From NCBI GenBank assembly GCA_051531975.1, contig JAOPTT010000014.1, positions 96,001 through 160,000 of the forward strand: a stretch of DNA of 64,000 nucleotides, given 5' to 3'. Shown piece after piece: positions 31,483 to 41,073 of this stretch (position 1 is the first letter of the stretch; every line of letters begins with the position of its first letter). This DNA comes from Spirochaetaceae bacterium (GTDB taxonomy: Bacteria; Spirochaetota; Spirochaetia; DSM-2461). The notes under the pieces are model-generated. The model saw only the letters and a list, made by a program, of their open reading frames with translations, ran no database searches and had not been told where the DNA came from. The position numbers and the translations under genes were made by a program.

Positions 31483-32652
31483 TTAACTAGTGATATAACT
31501 GGTATATAGTTTTAATAAGTCATTTTTTGATACCTGTTTTTTAGTATCAGCAAGACTCAAATATTTACTATAAAACTTCTTTAACTCTAGTTTACTTAGA
31601 TTAATACCTATTTCACCAAGAATGTGTTTAAGAGCATGTTTACCAGACCTTGCAGTTAAAATTATCTGATGTTTATTTAGACCAAGTAACTGGGGAGGAA
31701 TTATCTCATAGGTATCAGACTGTTTTAATATCCCATCCTGATGGATTCCTGATGAGTGAGAAAAGGCATTTTTACCAACTATTGCTTTATTCGCCTGTAT
31801 TGGTAGTTCCATCATTTCACTTACAAGTGCACTAGTTGGTAGTAGTTCAGAAAGGTCAATATTAGTACTCTTTCCATAGAAGTCTGATCGTCTATTAAGT
31901 AACATAACAACTTCTTCTAAAGATGCATTACCAGCCCTCTCTCCTATTCCATTCATTGTTACTTCTACCTGGCCTACTCCACTTTTTATAGCAGCCATAG
32001 TATTTGATGTAGCCATTCCTAAATCGTTATGGCAATGAACACTTATAACTGCCCTATCTGTTATTGGAACACGTTCTTTAAGTTTATAAATTAGAGATCC
32101 AAACTCATCAGGAATTGCCCAACCAACTGTATCTGGAATATTTACAACAGTAGCTCCTGCTTTAATAACGCTTTCTACGACATGGCAAAGGTAGTCAAAA
32201 TCGCTTCTAGATGCGTCTTCAGTTGAGTATTCAACCTGATCTGTATATTGTTTTGCATGTTTTACCGCATCCACACCCCGGCGCAGGACTTCATCCCGAG
32301 TAGAACTAAACTTTCCAGAGATATGTTTGTCTGACGATCCAAGAACAATATGTATTCTACTCTGCTCAGCCTCTTTAATAGCTTCCCATAATCCGTCAAT
32401 GTCACTTTTAACAGCTCTTGATAATCCTGCAATAACTGGACCACGGATCTCTTTAGATATGAGTTTAACAGCTTCCATATCCCCTGGGGATGATGCTGGA
32501 AATCCTGCTTCTATAACGTCTACTTTCAGCTTTTGTAACTGTTTAGCAATAGCGAGCTTCTGGAGTGAATTTAACCTAGTCCCTGCTGCTTGCTCTCCAT
32601 CACGTAACGTAGTATCGAAAATCTCTACTTTTTCTGACCCAATTTCTTTCAT
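31483..32652 (-). CDS. leuA: 2-isopropylmalate synthase, short form without C-terminal regulatory domain
   Basis: FDTTLRDGEQ, EAGFP, HCHND, GERAGN, HSSGIHQDG; ATG 32652 with GGAGG RBS; 389 aa. Confidence 0.9.
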   Translation of the reverse strand: MKEIGSEKVEIFDTTLRDGEQAAGTRLNSLQKLAIAKQLQKLKVDVIEAGFPASSPGDMEAVKLISKEIRGPVIAGLSRAVKSDIDGLWEAIKEAEQSRIHIVLGSSDKHISGKFSSTRDEVLRRGVDAVKHAKQYTDQVEYSTEDASRSDFDYLCHVVESVIKAGATVVNIPDTVGWAIPDEFGSLIYKLKERVPITDRAVISVHCHNDLGMATSNTMAAIKSGVGQVEVTMNGIGERAGNASLEEVVMLLNRRSDFYGKSTNIDLSELLPTSALVSEMMELPIQANKAIVGKNAFSHSSGIHQDGILKQSDTYEIIPPQLLGLNKHQIILTARSGKHALKHILGEIGINLSKLELKKFYSKYLSLADTKKQVSKNDLLKLYTSYITS

Positions 32653-32701
32653 CTTTTCCTCCGCTCTAACATGCAAATTAAAGTTAAGATTGATAAGATT
32701 C

Positions 32702-32738
32702 AAAAAAAAATGCCATGAACCTTATCAGTCCATGGCAT
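32702..32738 (-). terminator. Attenuator terminator in leuA leader
   Basis: ATGCCATGGAC-TGATAAG-GTTCATGGCAT followed by long T run. Confidence 0.85.
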
Positions 32739-32758
32739 GTAGATTTTAGTTATTTAGT

Positions 32759-32851
32759 TTATGAATAAATTTTACTAAACACTACACACATAGACAGTTT
32801 GCCTAATAAGAGTGCGAGTAAGTTCAGTTGTAAAAGTTCCAATTTATTCAT
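32759..32851 (-). CDS. Leucine-rich leader peptide of leuA (30 aa)
   Basis: MNKLELLQLNLLALLLGKLSMCVVFSKIYS; 10 Leu in first 19 codons; lies between promoter and terminator. Confidence 0.85.
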   Translation of the reverse strand: MNKLELLQLNLLALLLGKLSMCVVFSKIYS

Positions 32852-32859
32852 TGATAAAG

Positions 32860-32888
32860 ATATTAAATAAAATATTTTTCAGTGTCAA
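32860..32888 (-). promoter_or_regulatory. Sigma70-type promoter of leuA leader
   Basis: TTGACA-N17-TAATAT, 8 nt before leader ATG. Confidence 0.7.
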
Positions 32889-32906
32889 CGAATTTTATAC
32901 TGTTTT

Positions 32907-33680
32907 TTATTTATATACTTCTCTTAAACCTCTGCTTAATGTTCCAGGGATTACAGAGAGGTGGGATTCACTTTCAAATATATGTGTCGTTATCTCTAAT
33001 TCCGGATAACTCCTATTTTCTAATCTTTCACTCATTATTTCTACATTTCTAACCATTTTTGCAAAAGCTGGTTCTTGTACTGCTTCAAGTTCTCCTACAG
33101 ATAAAAATAATTTAGCTTTTGGTGGTATGTTTGACTTATTAGACTCTTCTTCTATTTTAAAGATGACCTCATTGTCCCAGTAAATTGAAGGACTACCAAT
33201 AATGTAACGATTAAACAGATTTGATCTGTTAAATAACGTATACAGTGCAAAGAGACCACTGTAGGAATCACCAAACAGGGTTAAATCATGGGCCTTAGTC
33301 CTATAGTTCTCATTTATATGGGGTATTAGTTCTTCACTTAGATATGATAAAAATTTATTTGCCCCACCAGAGTTTATGGAATTTATATGATGTGTTGGTA
33401 GGTAATCTCTCTTTCTTAGTTCCATGTGTTTGTCATCTTCCACATATCCAACACCAACAATAATTAACTCTGGGATCTCTTTACCATATTCAAGCAGTCT
33501 TACAGTATCAACTGCTAATCCATAAAATATATTTGAGTCCATAACATATAAAACTGAGTAGTTTTTATCATTTTTATTATAGTTTTTTGGTAGTGCAACA
33601 CTGATCTTAAACTTTGCATTTACAAAAGTAGATTCTTGTATAAAGACCTCTGTATTTCTAATAGTTGCAGCAATTTTCAT
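32907..33680 (-). CDS. Alpha/beta hydrolase (IroE/Fes-like esterase)
   Basis: YSVLYVMD, RDYLP, GDSYSG, GSPSIYW, ESHLSV; ATG 33680 with GAGG RBS. Confidence 0.85.
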   Translation of the reverse strand: MKIAATIRNTEVFIQESTFVNAKFKISVALPKNYNKNDKNYSVLYVMDSNIFYGLAVDTVRLLEYGKEIPELIIVGVGYVEDDKHMELRKRDYLPTHHINSINSGGANKFLSYLSEELIPHINENYRTKAHDLTLFGDSYSGLFALYTLFNRSNLFNRYIIGSPSIYWDNEVIFKIEEESNKSNIPPKAKLFLSVGELEAVQEPAFAKMVRNVEIMSERLENRSYPELEITTHIFESESHLSVIPGTLSRGLREVYK

Positions 33681-33744
33681 GTATAACCTCTTTGTCAATT
33701 CTAATTATCTTTTTAAATCTATACAAATGGTCTATTATAAAAAT

Positions 33745-34638
33745 ATGAATTCAGCTGAAATAACTAGGTTTATTATTAATTCTGTCGCAATTTTTTCAGG
33801 GATATTTGCCCTTGGTGGTGTAACAATATTATATAAACAGTATAAAACCAGAATCTTGAAGTTAATTATTATATTTTTATTATCAATAGTATTAATTTCA
33901 AATAGGTTCTGGTTAGATTCTATATTTTCCAAGGAGTTTATAATTTCTGGTATTGCTTCATTTTTAGGTTGTGCTATGTGTATTATTATACTTCCTTATC
34001 TTACAACTAGCCTTTTATCCATAAAATTATCTCTAATGAAATTAAGAATTTTATGGGTTTGGAACCTATTGTATATTGGTTTAGCTCTCTCTTACTACTT
34101 ATTACCTGAACAGGCACTATTATTAAACATAACAAGTCTGATGTTACTGTTATCAATTCTCTTTTGGGTAATATTTTTAATAATAAACAGTAAAAATATA
34201 AATGACCGCCGGTTAAAAAAGAGTTTAAATGGTTTTGCTCTACTCTCTTTTATATTTCTAATCTTTTTAACCCTAGATATGTTAATAACACTTCTTCCAA
34301 TAGAGGTTTTATCCATCATAGATAACTTTAGTATTATGTTTTACTTTTGTGGAATAAATACAGGGATTTTCTTTTTTGCAGATGACTTTCTAAGTAGAGA
34401 AGCTTATATAGAAAAGGGTAAACTTTCTTCATCATTTTTAGAGAATTTTAAGTTAACTTTACGTGAGGGTGAGATTATTGAAAAAGTATATTCAGGTAGT
34501 ACAAACAAAGAGGTTGGAGAGCAGTTATATATTTCTTCAAAAACTGTGGAAAATCATCTAACTAATATTTATCAGAAGTTACAAATAAAGAGTAGAACTA
34601 AACTTATTATTGAACTAAATACATGGCAAAAGTTATAG
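33745..34638 (+). CDS. Membrane-anchored LuxR family regulator
   Basis: About 7 TM helices then LTLREGEII...NKEVGEQLYISSKTVENH. Confidence 0.85.
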   Translation: MNSAEITRFIINSVAIFSGIFALGGVTILYKQYKTRILKLIIIFLLSIVLISNRFWLDSIFSKEFIISGIASFLGCAMCIIILPYLTTSLLSIKLSLMKLRILWVWNLLYIGLALSYYLLPEQALLLNITSLMLLLSILFWVIFLIINSKNINDRRLKKSLNGFALLSFIFLIFLTLDMLITLLPIEVLSIIDNFSIMFYFCGINTGIFFFADDFLSREAYIEKGKLSSSFLENFKLTLREGEIIEKVYSGSTNKEVGEQLYISSKTVENHLTNIYQKLQIKSRTKLIIELNTWQKL

Positions 34639-34676
34639 GGGGAACCCCCTAATTGTTATTTTGAGGGTAATTACCC
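34636..34676. promoter_or_regulatory. Two palindromes, putative LuxR-type operator upstream of 4Fe-4S gene
   Basis: TAGGGGG-AA-CCCCCTA and GGGTAATTACCC. Confidence 0.55.
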
Positions 34677-34733
34677 ATAGATATGTAGCAGATTCATATA
34701 ATACTTTAATTAGGTAATACTAAAGGAGCTTAT

Positions 34734-35459
34734 ATGTATCAAAAAACTAGAATAGCTATAGCGACATTATCAATGATTTTATTCCCACTAACTTTTTACT
34801 ACTTCTCCCCTTATTTATCTATTATGGGTGCTGCTGAAGGTATTGTCTCAGGTAGTATAATTGTTTTTATTATGCTTTTTCTATCAAGTATATTTCTTGG
34901 TCGGGCATTTTGTTCATGGGTATGTCCAGCCGGGGCAATTCAGGATCAACTGCTTAAGTCCAGAACTAAAAGAGTTAATGTTAAAAAGATTTCATGGATA
35001 AAGTATGTTATTTGGGTTCCATGGTTAATGACTATTCTGTTTATGTTTAAGAGAGCCGGTGGTGCAAAACAGGTAGACTTTTTATACCAAACTGAGATGG
35101 GTATATCTGTAACCAGTTTAGGTTCTGCTATAACTTTTACAATTGTAATCATGTTATTTTATTTAATCTCTCTGATTTTTGGACGTAGATCAGCTTGTCA
35201 TACTATTTGTTGGATGGCACCTTTTATGGTTCTAGGTAAAAAACTAGGAGAACTATTACAGGTCCCATCTCTAAGATTAAAACGTGATCCTTCTAAATGC
35301 ATCGAATGTAAAAAATGTAACTCTGTATGTCCTATGAGTCTAAATGTAGTAGATCTTTCAAGAAACAAAGATTTGTCAGATCATAACTGTATTTTATGTG
35401 GTAGATGTGTAGATGTATGTCTACAGGATGTTATTAAAATAGGTATTGGAAGAGGTTGA
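34734..35459 (+). CDS. Membrane 4Fe-4S binding protein (NapH/MauN-like)
   Basis: GRAFCSWVCP, CHTICW, CxxCxxCxxxCP and CxxCxxCxxxC. Confidence 0.88.
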   Translation: MYQKTRIAIATLSMILFPLTFYYFSPYLSIMGAAEGIVSGSIIVFIMLFLSSIFLGRAFCSWVCPAGAIQDQLLKSRTKRVNVKKISWIKYVIWVPWLMTILFMFKRAGGAKQVDFLYQTEMGISVTSLGSAITFTIVIMLFYLISLIFGRRSACHTICWMAPFMVLGKKLGELLQVPSLRLKRDPSKCIECKKCNSVCPMSLNVVDLSRNKDLSDHNCILCGRCVDVCLQDVIKIGIGRG

Positions 35460-35524
35460 AATTTATAAAAAGTTGTATATTTTTTATAGTTTCCAATCAA
35501 TAATCCTGTAATAGAGGTAAAAAA

Positions 35525-36355
35525 GTGTATAAAACAAAAAAATCAATTGTAGTTATTCTTTTCATTTTACTTCTATCTACAATAGGTTCTTTTTTTCTTT
35601 TTCAGTTCAAGCCTATAACATTAGGTTCTACTGGAATAGAGATGGTAAAGGTTAAAGCTGGTTCTTTTAATATGGGGTCTAACGAGGGTGATTCAGATGA
35701 AAAACCTGTTTTTAAGGTAACTATTATTAATGACTATTTTATAGGAAAATATGAGGTTACTCAGAAAGAGTGGAATATTATCATGGAAAAAAATCCATCC
35801 TCATTTTTAGGCGACGATCTGCCTGTAGATAGTGTTTCCTGGTTTGATGCCATAGATTTTTGTAATAAACTCAGTTTAAAAGAGGGTCTATCCCCTGCTT
35901 ATTTTGTTAGTGGTTCAGATATTCAGATAATAACAGATTCCAATGGTTATAGACTTCCTACTGAGGCCCAGTGGGAGTTTGTTGCCCGTGGAGGTAATAC
36001 CGAATTAGATTATAAATACTCTGGTAGTAATAAGGCTGGAGACATTGGTTGGTATGGTTCTAACAGCGGAAACAGATCCCATATTGTTGGAACAAAACAG
36101 CCTAATGATTTAGGTATATATGACTTAAGTGGTAATGTATGGGAGTGGTGTTGGGACTTGTACGGTTCATACAATAATGAAGCCCAGATAGATCCAATAG
36201 GTAGTTCCACGGGGCTTTTTAGAGTATTGCGTGGAGGTGGTTGGAGTAGTTATGCTGCCAGTTTGCGTTCATGTGACAGAATAAATAGCGGGGCTGATAG
36301 TAATATCCGTATTATAGGGTTCAGAATAGTTCTTCCAGTTAAATCACAACTGTAA
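35525..36355 (+). CDS. Formylglycine-generating enzyme (SUMF1) family protein
   Basis: YEVTQ, PVDSVSW, RLPTEAQWE, DLSGNVWEW, RVLRGGGW, GFRIV. Confidence 0.92.
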   Translation: MYKTKKSIVVILFILLLSTIGSFFLFQFKPITLGSTGIEMVKVKAGSFNMGSNEGDSDEKPVFKVTIINDYFIGKYEVTQKEWNIIMEKNPSSFLGDDLPVDSVSWFDAIDFCNKLSLKEGLSPAYFVSGSDIQIITDSNGYRLPTEAQWEFVARGGNTELDYKYSGSNKAGDIGWYGSNSGNRSHIVGTKQPNDLGIYDLSGNVWEWCWDLYGSYNNEAQIDPIGSSTGLFRVLRGGGWSSYAASLRSCDRINSGADSNIRIIGFRIVLPVKSQL

Positions 36356-36437
36356 ATTTGATAAGTAATAAAAAAGTTGACTTGAACTAATTTGTATACT
36401 AATTTTAGAATACAAATTATATAAAAGGATTTAAATT

Positions 36438-37022
36438 ATGAATTTTTCAATTGAACATCAAGAAGAGTATTCTCGAGGAGAATTACTTTTACGGACCTTC
36501 CTTGGATACTTTTACTTAGTACTCCCACATTCATTTATGCTTTTCTTTGTAAGTATTGGAGCTGCAGTACTAAGTTTTCTATCGTTCTGGGTTATTTTAT
36601 TTACTGGAGAATATCCTATAAGTTGGTTCGAATTTCAAGTTAAATATATAAAATGGAATACTAGAGTTAGTGCATCAATGTTTAATATGGTAGATGGATA
36701 CCCTGCATTTGGATTAGAAGCAGAACATGAAGGTGTTGAATTCGAAGTAGAATACCCTACCGAGTTAAGTCGAGTTAGTGTACTAGTTAGAGCTATATTT
36801 GGTTCTATATTTGTTATATTTCCACACTCCTTCTGTCTTTATTTTAGAATGATAGCAACTGGTGTATTATCAATGCTTGCGTGGTGGTCCGTTCTGTTTA
36901 CTGGTTCATACCCTGAATCCTGGCATGCGTTTAATGTTGGAACTTTACGATGGAGCAATAAAGTATCTCTATATATGTTATATATGACTCAAGAATATCC
37001 TGAATTTAGTGGTCTAGAATAA
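36438..37022 (+). CDS. DUF4389-like membrane protein
   Basis: Two repeats of SR...R...PH...ILFTGxYP...W..(R/K)V...YPxF. Confidence 0.8.
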   Translation: MNFSIEHQEEYSRGELLLRTFLGYFYLVLPHSFMLFFVSIGAAVLSFLSFWVILFTGEYPISWFEFQVKYIKWNTRVSASMFNMVDGYPAFGLEAEHEGVEFEVEYPTELSRVSVLVRAIFGSIFVIFPHSFCLYFRMIATGVLSMLAWWSVLFTGSYPESWHAFNVGTLRWSNKVSLYMLYMTQEYPEFSGLE

Positions 37023-37024
37023 AC

Positions 37025-37558
37025 ATGAAAGAGGAACTTAAATTAAATATTGGTACCGATGGTAAAGTAATTTTACCACAGCCAGCTGATTTATCTAAAA
37101 GAGAAAAAGAAGATAGTATGGGTGCATATTTAATGATGTTTGCAGCAATGGGAGCGGGGCTCCCTTTGCCATTACTAAATTTATTAGCATCATTTATCTA
37201 TTATCAAATAAACAAAAAGAAATCTCGATATGTTGCATTTCACTCTTTCCAATCGTTAATAACTCAATTACCTATTTCTATAGTTAATGGTGGGTTAGTA
37301 TTTTGGTTAATAAAAATATTGATCCAAGATTATCCAGATTTTACAAGTAAGTTTTTTACCTATTTAGCTTTTGCAGTTATTTGGAACTTATTGTATTTAG
37401 TTCTTTCTATAAGAGCGTGTATTTGTGCAAGAAGAGGACAACTTTATTATATGTTCTTATTTGGTGGTGTTTCTTTTAATAGATTCTACGGAGAAGATGC
37501 AAAGGATTTGAATACTGTTGAGACTGTCCCTGCAAACTCCCCTCCTCCTGGTTATTAA
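37025..37558 (+). CDS. DUF4870-like membrane protein
   Basis: KKSRYVAFHSFQSL motif, 3 TM helices. Confidence 0.7.
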   Translation: MKEELKLNIGTDGKVILPQPADLSKREKEDSMGAYLMMFAAMGAGLPLPLLNLLASFIYYQINKKKSRYVAFHSFQSLITQLPISIVNGGLVFWLIKILIQDYPDFTSKFFTYLAFAVIWNLLYLVLSIRACICARRGQLYYMFLFGGVSFNRFYGEDAKDLNTVETVPANSPPPGY

Positions 37559-37565
37559 AATATAT

Positions 37566-38390
37566 ATGAATAAAAAACTATATAAAGATCTATTAATTCT
37601 AGTAATAGTAATTTTAGTTTCTGTTATAGGATTGTTTAGAGCAGTCGAGTTCTTTTCCCCTGATAAAATTATAGAGAAAAAAAGTCAGGGGTTAAGCATT
37701 CAGACTGAAAAGTCACTTGGGAAACTAGTAAAACAACAAATCCTTTTGGATGCAAATATTTCAACTGCACCAATAACAACAGAAGCTTTAAGTCTAATGA
37801 AAGAATATTTAACACCTAATAAATCGGACTTTAAGTTTGACATAGAAATAATATTAGTAAACTCAAATACTGTGAATGCTGTTGCACTTCCAGGGGGAAC
37901 TATAATTGTCTATTCTGGGTTAATTAAAGCAGCAAATGATCAAAGAGAGGTTATGGCTGTTATTGCCCACGAGCTTGGTCATCTTTATTATAGGGATTCA
38001 TATAACTCTGTTCTAAGATCAACAGGTATATCAATAATACTGTCTGTAATATCCGGGGGTGAAAGTGAAATTATATCAGATATAATAAATAATCTATTAG
38101 CACTTAAGTTTTCCAGGGATATCGAGTCTAGAGCCGATGATTACGCTATTAAATTATTATTAGAACAAGGTACCGATCCTATATATTTAGGTACTTTTTT
38201 TGAGGCGTTAGATAAGTTATATGATGTGAAGGAAGAGAACTCACCTCTCTCACGTTATTTTACTACCCATCCATTTTCTAAAGATCGTATATTAAAATCC
38301 AAAGAAGCAAGTACAAGCTATGTTAATACCAAAGATAACCCAGAATTCAATTGGGAAGCAATTAAGGATGAGCAACCGTCTTTTTTTTAG
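37566..38390 (+). CDS. M48 family metallopeptidase
   Basis: NAVALPGG, AHELGH, FSRDIESRAD, TTHP. Confidence 0.92.
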   Translation: MNKKLYKDLLILVIVILVSVIGLFRAVEFFSPDKIIEKKSQGLSIQTEKSLGKLVKQQILLDANISTAPITTEALSLMKEYLTPNKSDFKFDIEIILVNSNTVNAVALPGGTIIVYSGLIKAANDQREVMAVIAHELGHLYYRDSYNSVLRSTGISIILSVISGGESEIISDIINNLLALKFSRDIESRADDYAIKLLLEQGTDPIYLGTFFEALDKLYDVKEENSPLSRYFTTHPFSKDRILKSKEASTSYVNTKDNPEFNWEAIKDEQPSFF

Positions 38391-38859
38391 ACAATGTCAT
38401 AATATAGAATTCAATGTTGTCTTTTTCTCTTACAAAGCTATTAACAGTCTCAAAACCGAACTTTTTATATACTTTTATTGCTCTTTCATTAAATTTTGCA
38501 ACTGTTAACCTAAAAGAACTTTTATGTAATGTATTTATAGCAAAGTTCAATCCTTCATTTAGAAACTTTTTGCCTTCTCCTTTATCAACAAACAGTGGGT
38601 TCATTCCAAGGCCTATGTCTAAGAGATTCTCTTCATATAATCCTTTAGCTTCTTTTATTGGTATTTGTGCGTTATTTCCAAAACAAAAGAAACCAATTAC
38701 AGATTCATCTTCTTTCACCAAATAGTATGTTCCATCAAGAAGTTCAGATAGGCACTCTTTTGAATCTTCCATATTGTAGAAACTATATGGACTGGGATAT
38801 GTCCATTTAAGCATAGCTTTGGCATCTAATTTGTTTAAGATTTCTATATTATAACTCAT
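38362..38859 (-). CDS. GNAT family N-acetyltransferase
   Basis: WTYPSPYSFY, DIGLGM, GEG, FNERAIKVYKKFGF. Confidence 0.85.
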   Translation of the reverse strand: MSYNIEILNKLDAKAMLKWTYPSPYSFYNMEDSKECLSELLDGTYYLVKEDESVIGFFCFGNNAQIPIKEAKGLYEENLLDIGLGMNPLFVDKGEGKKFLNEGLNFAINTLHKSSFRLTVAKFNERAIKVYKKFGFETVNSFVREKDNIEFYIMTLSKKKTVAHP

Positions 38860-38926
38860 AGTTAATACTCCTAATTATTTAACTTTGTTAATTAGTATAT
38901 AATAACATCTAACGAAGGAAATCGAA

Positions 38927-39259
38927 ATGCAATTTGATATTGATATGGATTCAACCTATAAGGATCTTTTTATAGAAGCTAGAGAGTTATTATTATCACA
39001 CAGTGGTATTATAGAGACTAAAAAACCACGAATTACTACGTACTCAAACAGTAATGGTGGTATCTGTCATATGAGGACAATGCCCTATGGTATCGACTTT
39101 GGTTTCCTTAAGGGTGCCAAAATGGAAGATAAACATGGTCTACTAACTGGTAAAGGTAAGGCAATTAGAGTTTTACCCCAAAAAGAGAGTTTAGACACAG
39201 AGATAATAGAATATTATATTAATGAAGCAATCAAAATAAACCAGGCTTTAAAGGGATAA
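38927..39259 (+). CDS. DUF1801-like protein
   Basis: FGFLKGA..EDKHGLLTGKGKAIR motif. Confidence 0.7.
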   Translation: MQFDIDMDSTYKDLFIEARELLLSHSGIIETKKPRITTYSNSNGGICHMRTMPYGIDFGFLKGAKMEDKHGLLTGKGKAIRVLPQKESLDTEIIEYYINEAIKINQALKG

Positions 39260-39260
39260 T

Positions 39261-39755
39261 CTATCTAGGTTGGAGGATTTTTAGAAGGTCTGTTCTAACT
39301 GTTAAGTTACTAAAAGGTGTAGTTATATATCCTTTAGCACCTTTTTTAATGTTTTTATCCATTCGTGTTTCTTTTTTTCTATTCACAATCATAATAACAA
39401 TGGCACTACTATTATATTTAAGTATTTTATTTAAAGTAGTCAGTCCCCTATTTTTAGCATCATCAGAACCTAAAAACAGAATATCTACTTCTTCACTTTG
39501 TTTTGTATACTTCTCAAAACCTTCTTTGTTATCTAATACAACATCAATAATAATAAATCCTTCAGATTTTAATATACTTGTTAACTGATATTGTTCCTTC
39601 TCTGAGTTATTTATAATAAATGCTCGAAGTTTTATTCCATCTCTTGTAAACCCAGATAAGATCTTATATGAGGCTCCACTAACAGCATCAGCTTCCTGTG
39701 AATAAAGACCAAAAGAGATGATAAATAATATAGTTATTAAACTTAATTTATACAT
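39261..39755 (-). CDS. Signal peptide + DAVSGAS motif + degenerate CheY-like receiver domain
   Basis: Hydrophobic N-terminus; QLTSILKSEGF, GAKGYITTPF receiver pattern without acidic pocket, phospho-Asp or Lys. Confidence 0.6.
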   Translation of the reverse strand: MYKLSLITILFIISFGLYSQEADAVSGASYKILSGFTRDGIKLRAFIINNSEKEQYQLTSILKSEGFIIIDVVLDNKEGFEKYTKQSEEVDILFLGSDDAKNRGLTTLNKILKYNSSAIVIMIVNRKKETRMDKNIKKGAKGYITTPFSNLTVRTDLLKILQPR

Positions 39756-39845
39756 TCTGATATTCCTTATAAATAGTTATCAATTACATTTAATTATAAA
39801 CCATCTGGATCATTATTGTTATATTTAGTGTTTTTCAATTTGATA

Positions 39846-41063
39846 TTAATATCTCAAAGATAAATTATCTATAAATACTGTATCAGAACCACCATCAACT
39901 GAACTATCTTTACTATATTCCCATTTCAATTCATGCTCACCTTCCGATAATACATAGTTAAAATCAAGCCAATCTGATGTTCCAGAGGCACTTAAGATTT
40001 CTGAATCATCAATATAAAATTTGAAATAATCATAACCACTCTCAGAAGATACTTTATATTTGAAAGATATGGTTGTACTAATATCGATATCTGTATTGTA
40101 ACTAATACTGCTTTCCTCGTTACTATCAATTATCGCGGCTCTTAAACTCGAATAACCTCCTGTATAACTATTAATATTATCTATGATCCAATCACCCTCT
40201 AAATCATCTGGAATAATATTGTTTTCAAAATCAAAATTAAAATCATTATAATAAGCTACACTACTGAATTCAATATAATCTAGCCAAGCTGAATCTGAAC
40301 TTCGGTCACTACTTTTTGTATATTCCCATTTTACTGTATGCGTACCTGATGCTATTATAAATGAATATTTTGTCCAATCACTAATTTCATCTGATAATTC
40401 CTGTACTGCAGTTGTAGATTCATCTATATATACACTAAAATCTCCACCTGAGGATTTTTTTAAATAGTAGGAGACAACTGTTGCAGTTTCAAAAGTAATA
40501 GTGCTGCTCATACTACTTGTACCATAAGTAGTAGATATATCGAACTCAACAGCTTGAGATCCATCATATGTATTATCAGTTTGTATTATAGGTTCATAGG
40601 TTGCAGACAAGTCCCAAGTATTTAAACTAGAAAATGTATCACCAGTACTTTCAAAGGAGTCATAAACCTCTTTAGATATATAAACCATTCTATTAGAGCC
40701 CCAGCTTGACCATTCATCAGCTGAAAATTTAACTCTGGCTCTACAATAATAATCCCCTATTTCAGGTAGTGCTAAAGGTAAAATAAAAGCTAAGTTATCA
40801 GATGTTAATTCAGCACTATATAACGGATCTGAGTAAGTATCAGAACTACTAATCTCAAACTCATACAAAATTCCATTATCAACTGAATTAATACTAATAT
40901 CAGGTAAATTTGTATAAGCAAAAACATAATCATCGTCAAATAATTCTGATGGGGTGAAATCATATTTAGTATCAATATAATCATCCTCATCTATGGGTAA
41001 AAAATCCATATCGCAGGAGAATAGTAATAGTAAAATAACAAAGTTTTTAATTATATTTTTCAT
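39846..41063 (-). CDS. Acidic lipoprotein with FN3-like segment and two jelly-roll repeats
   Basis: Lipobox LFSC; YYCRARV..WSSW; repeated YID...DW...G.H..KWEY.K..S....D...D. Confidence 0.7.
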   Translation of the reverse strand: MKNIIKNFVILLLLFSCDMDFLPIDEDDYIDTKYDFTPSELFDDDYVFAYTNLPDISINSVDNGILYEFEISSSDTYSDPLYSAELTSDNLAFILPLALPEIGDYYCRARVKFSADEWSSWGSNRMVYISKEVYDSFESTGDTFSSLNTWDLSATYEPIIQTDNTYDGSQAVEFDISTTYGTSSMSSTITFETATVVSYYLKKSSGGDFSVYIDESTTAVQELSDEISDWTKYSFIIASGTHTVKWEYTKSSDRSSDSAWLDYIEFSSVAYYNDFNFDFENNIIPDDLEGDWIIDNINSYTGGYSSLRAAIIDSNEESSISYNTDIDISTTISFKYKVSSESGYDYFKFYIDDSEILSASGTSDWLDFNYVLSEGEHELKWEYSKDSSVDGGSDTVFIDNLSLRY

Positions 41064-41073
41064 TTAATTATCC

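Noticed and set aside
35525..36355. Diversity-generating retroelement target (FGE/C-type lectin fold)
   Set aside because: No reverse transcriptase and no template-repeat copy of the 3' end seen in this window; a remote DGR cannot be excluded
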